The notes under the pieces: generated by a model
Database searches by the model: none
Seen by the model: only the letters and a program-made list of their open reading frames with translations
Told to the model about the DNA's origin: nothing
Shown: piece after piece, positions 1 through 9,400 of the stretch
Numbering within the stretch: the stretch's first letter is position 1
Layout of the letters: the number at the start of each line of letters is the position of its first letter
Assembly (NCBI GenBank): GCA_964619725.1
Contig: CAZUFC010000170.1
Location: 1 to 15,514, forward strand
Source: an uncultured bacterium
GTDB lineage: Bacteria; CSSED10-310; CAZUFC01
Direction: 5' to 3'
Length of the DNA stretch: 15,514 bases
Made by a program: the position numbers and the translations under genes

Positions 1-313
1 GTCCTACGTTGAGCCCGACCGTGACGCTTTCGCCGACGCAGAGTCCTACGTTGAGCCCGACTGCGACGTTGAGTCCGACGCAGAGTCCTACGTTGAGCCC
101 GACTGCGACGTTTAGTCCGACGCGCAGTCCTACGTTGAGCCCGACCGTGACGCTTTCTCCGACGCAGAGTCCTACGTTGAGCCCGACTGCGACGTTTAGT
201 CCGACGCAGAGTCCTACGTTGAGCCCGACCGTGACGCTTTCGCCGACGCAGAGTCCTACGTTGAGTCCGACGGCGACGTTTAGTCCGACGCGCAGTCCTA
301 CGTTGAGCCCGAC
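1..313 (+). repeat. Coding tandem repeat, 42-nt (14-aa) unit, at least 7 copies
   Basis: GTCCTACGTTGAG recurs at 1, 43, 85, 127, 169, 211, 253 and 295, an exact 42-nt period. DNA identity decays after about 313 while the peptide pattern continues. Confidence 0.95.
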
Positions 314-881
314 AGTAACATTTTCTCCGACGCTAAGCCCTACATTAAGTCCAACCGCAACGCTTTCGCCTACTGATTCGCCTACTTTGAGTCCGACAGA
401 AACGCCGTCTCCGACATATACTTCAACGGAAACGCCAACGCTTTCTCCGACTCTGTCGCCTACTTTGACTCCGACTCTTTCACCGACAGAGACGCTATCG
501 CCGACACAATCCCCGACACTTTCCCCGACAGTTACTCTTTCGCCGACGGATACTCCCAGTCAAACTCCAACAGAATCCCCGACAGATACGCCTACCGCCT
601 CTCCAACACTCTCCCCGACTCTCGTTGCTACCTCAACACCGACGGACACGGCCACAATGACTTGCAGTCCAACTGATACGCCGACTCAAATCCCAACTCT
701 AAGTCCCACGATTACGCCAACTTCATCGCCAACATTGACTCCCACGATCGCATTCACTCCGACTCTCACGCCTGTGCCGACTGAAGCTCCCATTCCCTCT
801 ACGAATTTACCCGGAAAAATCATGCTTATCGCCTTATGCGGCTTGCTTATCGGAGGATTCAGTTTAAGGAAGAAAAAGTGA
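3..881 (+). CDS. 5'-truncated surface protein: Ser/Pro/Thr-rich stalk plus C-terminal IPTL-CTERM-like sorting signal
   Basis: The frame is open from position 3 to TGA at 879-881, so the true start is upstream of the window. It encodes SPT(V/A)T(L/F)SPTQSPTL repeats and ends [29 protein letters not shown] (motif, hydrophobic helix, basic tail). Confidence 0.9.
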   Translation, partial: PTLSPTVTLSPTQSPTLSPTATLSPTQSPTLSPTATFSPTRSPTLSPTVTLSPTQSPTLSPTATFSPTQSPTLSPTVTLSPTQSPTLSPTATFSPTRSPTLSPTVTFSPTLSPTLSPTATLSPTDSPTLSPTETPSPTYTSTETPTLSPTLSPTLTPTLSPTETLSPTQSPTLSPTVTLSPTDTPSQTPTESPTDTPTASPTLSPTLVATSTPTDTATMTCSPTDTPTQIPTLSPTITPTSSPTLTPTIAFTPTLTPVPTEAPIPSTNLPGKIMLIALCGLLIGGFSLRKKK

Positions 882-1412
882 CATTATGTGATGGAGCTAC
901 ATCAGAAGTTGTTGATTCGTTCAAGATAGAATCGGGGCGAGTCGGAGCAGAGTATTCGCATCGATAAAAAGACGATTGATCCACAAGTCTTTGTTTTTTC
1001 GTTTTCCATGGACATCGGGATCAATTGCTCTTTTGTAATTTGCTGAGCGATCATAACTGTGTTCAGAAGTAATATCTCTTTTTAAATTTAAAGGTTCATG
1101 CAGGAATGTCGAACGTCCATGGATCCGGTTATTTCGTCCTAAATAGCGCCTGTCCATAAAATTTGGTCCAGATTCAAATTTCAGCGCTGGACAACCGCTG
1201 CGGTTTCTGAACAATAAAAAGCGCTCTTCTCCGAATGCAGAAAAATCTGTTAAGTTTCTCCGTCCCTGGGCAGGCGCAGAATTATTAATTTCATAAAATT
1301 TTATTGATGATCCCGGGATAAATAAGTGATTTGATTCGAGAAATCCATACTGAGTTGCTTGAAGCGCCGCCAGTAAGTTATTGTAATTTAATTATTTTAT
1401 TAATTCATGAAT

Positions 1413-1440
1413 TTTTCATTTATTGTTTTAAACTTATAAT
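1413..1440 (+). promoter_or_regulatory. Possible sigma70-type promoter for the BNR gene
   Basis: Perfect TATAAT at 1435-1440 with only a weak -35 (TTTTCA, 1413-1418). The context is very AT-rich, so this could be chance. Confidence 0.25.
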
Positions 1441-1562
1441 TGTTGTCGAGTTTCACTCTGACAGGGAGCATTTTTGTATAAGGAGAGTCAGGCAAGTTTG
1501 AATGAGGGAGGAGAGAAGAATTAAGAGGAACTGTTATTGAGAGAAAAAATAATGAAGGAGGT

Positions 1563-3128
1563 ATGATGAGAGGAAAAAATTTACAGAAAAAGAATATTAT
1601 GTCAATAACGACAGCCATTTTATTTATGGTTATTTTCGGAAATTTCGATCCTGTATCAGCCTGGGAATGGATAATGTGTTCCGAGATGGAAGTAAATGTT
1701 GTAGGACCGCTTTTTGAGACTGCGGATTTAAGCATTTTCGCCGGCACGGGTCATTCAGGCGATATATTTTGGACGACGGACGGTTGCGCCACCTGGACGG
1801 AAACTACAGACCTCGGCGGCTTACAGCATACACACTTTGTTTTTGAGGATTCTGACGGATACATATATTCCGGCGGTTATCTCGTTAATCATGCATTTCG
1901 TTCGACAGATTACGGTCAGACCTGGCAGACCACCGCATCATGCCCTTCCGGCGTAAGTTATATAACATACATGATCGAATCTGCAGACGGTTTCTTGTAT
2001 GCCGCTTGCGTTATGGGCGGAGTTCTGAAGACGGATAACCATGGGGACAGTTGGACGCAAACGGGGGGATTGAGCGGAGCGAGTTATGTAAAGTGCCTTT
2101 CGGAGGACACCTTGGGCTGGATATATGCCGGTACGGGATACAACGGTCAGGTATACCGGACGACGGACAGCGGGAATTCCTGGAGTATGATCACTAATTT
2201 TACTGATTCCGGTGAGCAAATTTCCAGCATACTGGTAAGTGCTGACGGAGTCATTTACGCGGGAGGCAGCGTTAACGGCAATGTATACCGATCAACGGAC
2301 CATGGGGACAGTTGGACTGAAACCTCAGAGATTCCGGGTGCTGGGAACATAATTTCTCTGGTTCAAGCATCGGACGAATATGTATATGCGGCTACATCAC
2401 CCAATGCACGACTTTTTAGAACGAACGACCGGGGTGAGACATGGCATATGGCGACTGAATTCTCATCGGCAAATTGTTTATCAGATTTAGAAGATGCGGA
2501 AGACGGATTTTTTTATGTTTCAGTCGATGACAAGGTTTTTAAGAGCGACCATGCACTGGAGCCGACCGTATACCCTACACCGACCTTCAGTCCAACTTTG
2601 ACGCCGTCAGCGACCTTCTCGCCCACTTTAACGCCTACGCAATCTCCCACACTCACTCCGACGTCAACACTCTCACCGACGCCGTCTCCCACTATGACTT
2701 GTTCGCCGACAAATACACCTACTTATACGCCTTCTATAACGCTTTCGCCAACAGAAACCCCGACTTGTTCACCCACAAGGTCGCCTACAGCAACTCCGAC
2801 TCTTACTTCCTCTTTGACTCCGACCCAGAGTCCGACTTTTAGTCCCACACTAACCTTATCTCCGACGAAAACTCCCACCGTCACGCTTTCACCTACAGAT
2901 TCACCAACCGTCACGTTGTCTCCCACTCATTCACCTACCGAAAGCCCTACCGTGACATCTACCTTTACTCCAACAGCATCTCCGACATACTTTTCACCGA
3001 CGCCGACAATGACTCCAACCTCCCCTCCGATTCCGGCGACTCAAACTTCAGGACTGATTATTCTTATTGCCGCGATCAGCGGATTGATCCTGTTGAAAAG
3101 AAAAAAAGGATATGAGTTTACTTTTTGA
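1563..3128 (+). CDS. Secreted Asp-box/BNR-repeat beta-propeller protein with S/P/T stalk and IPTL-CTERM-like anchor
   Basis: SD AAGGAGG at 1555-1561; ATG 1566 has better spacing than 1563. Signal peptide ends ...PVSA|WEW. Six Asp-boxes about 42 aa apart: WTTDGCATW, RSTDYGQTW, KTDNHGDSW, RTTDSGNSW, RSTDHGDSW, RTNDRGETW. SPT-rich stalk at about 2560-3029; tail IPATQTSG-LIILIAAISGLILL-KRKK. Confidence 0.9.
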   Translation: MMRGKNLQKKNIMSITTAILFMVIFGNFDPVSAWEWIMCSEMEVNVVGPLFETADLSIFAGTGHSGDIFWTTDGCATWTETTDLGGLQHTHFVFEDSDGYIYSGGYLVNHAFRSTDYGQTWQTTASCPSGVSYITYMIESADGFLYAACVMGGVLKTDNHGDSWTQTGGLSGASYVKCLSEDTLGWIYAGTGYNGQVYRTTDSGNSWSMITNFTDSGEQISSILVSADGVIYAGGSVNGNVYRSTDHGDSWTETSEIPGAGNIISLVQASDEYVYAATSPNARLFRTNDRGETWHMATEFSSANCLSDLEDAEDGFFYVSVDDKVFKSDHALEPTVYPTPTFSPTLTPSATFSPTLTPTQSPTLTPTSTLSPTPSPTMTCSPTNTPTYTPSITLSPTETPTCSPTRSPTATPTLTSSLTPTQSPTFSPTLTLSPTKTPTVTLSPTDSPTVTLSPTHSPTESPTVTSTFTPTASPTYFSPTPTMTPTSPPIPATQTSGLIILIAAISGLILLKRKKGYEFTF

Positions 3129-3417
3129 TTCATTTGAGAGCAGTTTTACCAGGAATGCATGAAATTTTTCGAATCGAGATGCAGCGGCGTAGTGAATTAA
3201 CATTTTCAAAATGGAATGAAAGGATTAAAAGGACTTAACAGGGAAGAATACATCAAACAAACGTGCTGCAATAAAAGGAAAGTTTGTATTTCATTATTTT
3301 TTCATATTGTTAAACGAATTATCGGCCGCGTATTTTTTTCGGCGGAAAAAGCCGTTATTAAAATGAAATAGAGAAACAGTCGAGAGAAAAAAATATTCAA
3401 TTGCCTGGAAAATTTTT

Positions 3418-3426
3418 GGAGGAGGT
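3418..3426 (+). promoter_or_regulatory. Shine-Dalgarno site of the giant gene
   Basis: GGAGGAGGT ends 5 nt before ATG 3432. Confidence 0.85.
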
Positions 3427-3431
3427 AACCA

Positions 3432-6400
3432 ATGAGGGGTTTATTCATTTCGTTAATTATAGTCAGTTTGTTAAATCTGACGGGATTCGCTGTTAAAGCC
3501 GAGATTATAAACATTCCGGCCGATTATGAGACCATCCAGGAGGGGATTGATGCCGCAACGGATTCGGATACGGTATTGATTGCGGACGGCACGTATTACG
3601 GTTCAGGAAACAGGGATATCGATTTCGGGGGCAAAGCGATTTCAGTTGAATCGGAAAACGGCGCCGGCAATTGCGTTATAGATTGTGAGCATAACGGCCG
3701 CGGTTTTACTTTTCATAATGGTGAGGATGAAAATTCAATTGTGAAAGGAATCACGATTCAGAGGGGTTACGTGACGACTTTGGACGGCGGGGGGATATAT
3801 TGCAGCGGGAGTTCGCCGACCGTCATCGGTTGCGTATTGAAGGACAACACTACCGGATATTCCAGTTATGAGAAAAACGGCGGCGGCATTTATTGCAGTC
3901 AATCTTCAGCAACGATAGTTCATTGCATTTTAACAGGCAACACGGCCAACAGGGGAAAGGGGGGCGGAATATATTGCAGCCAGACCGCTCCGACGATAGG
4001 CGATTGTTTAATCGTTGAGAATTCGTCGTATTACGGCGGCGGGATTTACTGTGCTGCCGTATCCCCCGAAATAACGAACTGCACGTTTTCAATGAACTTG
4101 TCCTCTTATAACGGAGCGGCAATCCGTTGCGTAGATGCCTCTCCTACGGTGACGAATTGCATATTATGGGATGACTATCCGGATGAGATATATTTGGAGG
4201 GGACCTCATCACCGGTAGTGACCTATTCGGATATAGAATCCGGATATTCGGGAACGGGCAACATAGATTCCGATCCATTCTTCTGCCGCGGGCATTTCAG
4301 CGATTTTTATCTGAGTTCTTCGGCTGCCGGGCAATCGGAAGAGAGTCCATGTTTAGATTCGGGAAACACAAACGCCAGTTCAGTATGCTTCACGACAGTC
4401 GAAGGGACCATTTGTCTGGATGCGCGCACCACTCGAACGGATGAAGTCGCTGATTCAGGACAGGTTGATATGGGCGCTCACTTTGCCTTATCAGTATCGC
4501 CGACCCCGACATTAACGCCCACGCCGTCAACTTCGCCCACACCGTCGGGAATCATTTACGTTCCGGCGGATTATTCGACAATTCAAGGGGCGATCGATGC
4601 CGCAACCTACGGCGCACTTGTGCTGGCGGCGGACGGAACCTATTTCGGTTCCGGCAACAGGAACCTCAATTTCAATGGTAAGGTCATCACCGTAGCCTCG
4701 GAGAACGGACCGGAGAATTGCATCATCGATTGTCAGAACAGCGGTCGAGGATTCATTTTTCAGACGAATGAAGAAGAGACTTCCATCGTCAGAGGGTTCA
4801 CTATTCAAAGGGGATACGTAAGCAACGGCGATGGAGCGGGTATAAGCTGCATCGACAGTTCGCCGACCATAATGAATTGCATTATAAAAGACAACACAGC
4901 CGGATATTCCAGTTACGATCGTCACGGCGGGGGGATTTACTGTAATAATTCCTCTCCTCTCATACTTGATTGCTTAATAACAAGAAATACAGCCAACCGG
5001 GGATACGGAGGAGGAATATACTGCAATTATTCTGAAGCCGTGATTAAGGATTCTGCCATATCGCAGAATTCCAGCTATTACGGAGGCGGGATATATTGCT
5101 ATTTCTTATCCCAGTTGATCGACGGCTGTACGATAACGAACAACACTTCGGCTTATGAAGGAGGCGGAATTCGCACAGATTCCGCGGCATTGTTTTTAAC
5201 GAACAGCGCGGTGACTGAAAACAAGGGGGGAAATTACGGCGGCGGACTTTACGCATATTACACTCCGCCGGTCGTGACGAACTGCCTGTTTTCCGACAAT
5301 TCCTGTTCGACGTATGGAGGCGGGATATACTGCGAGAATGTCGATGCGACCGTTATGAACTGCACATTCACGAACAACAGTTCCAACACCGGCGGAGGTC
5401 TTTACTGCGAATCATCTTCTCCTGACGTAATTAATTGTATTTTCTGGGGAGACATCCTGGATGAGATCGGTACGAGCGCTGATTCGAATCCCGTTGTGAA
5501 TTATTGCAACGTTGAGGACGGGTATGCCGGTGAGGGAAATATGGACCAGTTGCCTTTGTTTGTTTCGGGTATGTCGGGGTCGTATTACCTGAGTCAGACG
5601 GACGCGGGACAGGCTTCAGACAGTCCGTGCCTGGACGCCGGAAGCGCGCCGGCTTCGGAATTGTGCTATACCTCCTCCTGCATGGATGAGGAAACGACGA
5701 GGACGGATAATGTGCCGGATGCTGACATTGCGGATATGGGATTCCATTATTCGCCGACGAGTCCCACACCGACGCCCACAATGCCTCCCAGTCCTACCGA
5801 AGCGCCGGCGACTCCGACGCCTTCGACGGTGATCCGCGTTCCGGCAGACTATGGAACCATTCAGTCTGCGATAAATGCATCAAGCAACGGCGACATGGTG
5901 CTGATCGCAGATGGCACATATTACGGTTCCGGAAACAGGAACCTGGATTTCGGCGGAAGAGAAATAATCCTGGCTTCTGAAAACGGTCCGGAAAATTGCA
6001 TAATTGATTGTGAATACAGCGGAAGAGGTTTTTATTTTCACAGCGGCGAGGATGAAAGCGCTGTCGTCAGGGGTTTGACTATCCAGCGTGCCTACATCAA
6101 TGACGATGGAGCGGGATTTCGGTGCAGCAGCGGTTCGCCGACGATTAAAAACTGCATGATTAAGGATAACACGGCGGGAACGGGCAGCCAGGAGCGATAT
6201 GGAGGCGGTATTTACTGCCGTTATTCATCAGCGCGTATCATCAATTGCATCATAACGAGAAACACGGCAAATCGTGGAGAAGGCGGCGGAATTTACTGCG
6301 ATTATTCCGAGCCGGTGATTCAGGATTGCGCTATAACGAGGAATTCCGGTTATTACGGCGGCGGCATAAGTTCCTATTTTTTTAATCAGACCATCGACAA

Positions 6401-9400
6401 TACCGTCATATCGGACAACACGGCGACTTATGCGGGAGGCGCGGTTTATTCGGATTCGGCAGAAATGACGATAATGAATTCTTCCATAACCGGAAACACT
6501 TCGAATAATCAAGGCGGCGGCATCTATTGCCATTTCACGCCACCAGCCATAACCAACTGCATCATATCAGACAATACTTCCGGAAACGGAGCCGGCATTT
6601 TTTGCGATTATGCGGATGCGACGATAATGAACTGCACTTTCACAAACAATTTTTCTTCCACCGGCGGCGCTGTTTTCTGTGATGATTCATCCCCCGTCAT
6701 ATTGAACTGCATACTCTGGGACGATTCGACAAATGAGATTCATGAGACGGGCGACTCCTATCCACTGGTATTCTACTGCGACGTGGAAAACGGATATGCC
6801 GGCGAAGGGAACATCGATGCAGACCCGGCATTCGCTCCAGGTTTTTTCGGGAATTCATACCTGAGTCATACTGAAGCGGGCGAACCGACGGACAGTCCGT
6901 GTATCGATGCCGGCAGCGAAAATGCTTCGGATTTCTATTATTTCTCGGATACATTTTTCTACATTATGAATGAACTGACGACGCGAACCGATCATGTCGC
7001 GGATGCGGGAATTCTTGACATGGGATTCCATTATGCTGTTCCCGGCAGCGCTACGCCGACCGCGACGCCGACCGCGACGCCGACGGATGTTCCTCCTTCG
7101 GCAACGCCCGGATCGATCATTTACGTTCCTTATAATTATTCGACCATCCAGGCAGCCATCAACGCGGCGAATGAAGGAGATAAAGTACTGGTAGCTGACG
7201 GAACGTATTACGGTTCCGGCAACAAAAACCTTGATTTTTACGGAAAAGAAATCTTGCTGGCGTCGGAAAACGGGCCAGAAAACTGCATCATAGATTGCGA
7301 ATACAGCGGAAGAGGATTTGAGCTCGACGACGGCGAAATCCGAAGTTCAGTAATCGACGGATTCACCATTCAGAGAGGTTATCACTCTGATGGAGGAGGC
7401 ATTTACTGCTCAAACAGCTCGCCGACGGTAAAAAATTGCATATTAAAGGACAATACGGCTTCGTCGGGCAGCAGCGAACGTTTCGGCGGCGGGATTTACT
7501 GTCATAATTCTTCGCCCAGGCTGGAGAACTGCACGATCTTCCGCAACACGTCTTCCTACGGCCGCGGCGGGGGGATTTACTGTAATTATTCCGAACCGGA
7601 GATCATCGGCTGCACCATATCGGACAATCACGCCCAGTACGGCAAAGGCGGGGGAATATCGTTTTATTTTTATTCGCCGAAAATATCCGGCTGCACCATA
7701 TCGGACAATACGGCCTATTATGACGGCGGGGGCATCTGGTGCGATTCTGCGGAGCTGACGATTTCCGACAGCGTGATTTCCGGCAATTCCGCTATCGGCG
7801 ACAATGGGGGAGGACTCTATTGTCTCTATACTCCGCCCACGATAACCAACTGCGTGTTCTCCGGCAATTCTTCGGGACACGGCGGCGGCGTATATTGCGA
7901 TTATGCGGATGCGGGTATCCTTGACATGGGATTCCATTACGCTATTCCCGACAGCGCCACGCCGACTCCTACGCCGACCGCTACGCCGACGGAGGTTCCT
8001 CCGACAGCAACGCCGGCATCGATCATTTACGTTCCTTACAATTATTCCACCATTCAGTCGGCCATCGATGCGGCGAGCGAAGGGGACAAGGTTGTGGTCT
8101 CCGACGGAACGTATTACGGTACGGGCAACAAGAACCTTGATTTTTACGGCAAAGAAATCGTGCTGGCGTCTGAAAACGGGCCGGAAAACTGCATCATAGA
8201 TTGCGAATACAGCGGCAGAGGGATTTACTTTCACAGCGGAGAAAACAGGAATACGGTTGTGAACGGCTTCACGATACAGAGAGGCAATTACCCCAATGAC
8301 CACGGGGGAGGCATCTACTGTCAGAACAGCTCGCCGACGGTTAAAAACTGCGTATTGAAGGACAATACGGCTTCATCAGGCAGCAGCGAACGTTTCGGCG
8401 GCGGGATTTACTGTAATAATTCTTCACCCAGGCTGGAGAACTGCACGATCATCCGCAACACGTCTTCCTACGGCCGCGGCGGGGGGATTTACTGTAATTA
8501 TTCCGAACCGGAGATCATCGGCTGCACCATATCGGACAATCACGCCCAGTACGGCAAAGGCGGGGGAATATCGTTTTATTTTTATTCGCCGAAAATATCC
8601 GGCTGCACCATATCGGACAATACGGCCTATTATGACGGCGGGGGCATCTGGTGCGATTCTGCGGAGCTGACGATTTCCGACAGCACGCTTGCCGGCAATA
8701 CCTCAACCGGCGGGCATGGAGGCGGAATGTATTGTCTTTATACGCCCCCGACAATAATAAACTGCGTATTTTCCGGCAATTATACAGGCGGAGACGGCGG
8801 CGGCGTTTACTGCAACTATGCTGATGCGGCGATACTGAACTGCACCTTTACTCAGAATACTTCCGATTACGCTGGGGCAGTCAGTTGCGCGGATTCGTCG
8901 CCGATGATAATGAACAGCATATTATGGGGCGATGCGCCCGGCGAGATTTATACGACCGGCGAATCATATCCCGAAATAACCTGTTGCGACGTGGAGGGCG
9001 GATATTCGGGCGAGGGAAACATTGATGCCGATCCTGAGTTCGCAGAAGGGGCTCAGGGCGATCTTTACCTGAGTCAAACCGCAGCGGGTCAGGCTGCGGA
9101 CAGTCCGTGCCTCGATGCGGGCGGAGAACCATCGGCGGATTTCTGCTGGCTGTCGTATCCGAGTTTCAACTGCATGGATGAACTGACGACGCGAACCGAT
9201 CATATCGCGGATGCGGGTATCCTTGACATGGGATTCCATTACGCTATTCCCGACAGCGCCACGCCGACTCCTACGCCGACCGCTACGCCGACGGAGGTTC
9301 CTCCGACAGCAACGCCGGCATCGATCATTTACGTTCCTTACAATTATTCCACCATTCAGTCGGCCATCGATGCGGCGAGCGATGGAGACAAGGTGCTGGT

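Noticed and set aside
1-313. Regularly spaced repeats resembling a CRISPR array
   Set aside because: There are no unique spacers, the period is a multiple of 3 inside an ORF, the repeat encodes an S/P/T stalk, and no cas genes are present.
921-1214. 97-aa minus-strand ORF as a real gene or transposase fragment
   Set aside because: It has a TTG start without a clear SD, no recognisable domain and no terminal inverted repeats. It is kept only as part of a low-interest finding.
1563-3128. Sialidase or GH74 xyloglucanase enzyme call
   Set aside because: Asp-boxes are structural. I see no RIP motif or Arg triad and only one propeller, so function cannot be assigned.
3320-3356. TTTTTC-GGCG-GAAAAA hairpin as an intrinsic terminator
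   Set aside because: The stem is AT-only and weak, has no proper U-tract after it, and lies about 200 nt past the stop codon.
7443-8303. 286-aa minus-strand ORF and the many other small antisense or alternate-frame ORFs inside the large genes
   Set aside because: These are shadow ORFs of repetitive coding sequence with biased codons. They recur with the repeats and have no recognisable motifs.
7540-9382. Near-identical repeats as a DGR template/variable repeat pair
   Set aside because: All copies are in-frame coding, the blocks are identical rather than adenine-mutated, and there is no reverse transcriptase in the window.
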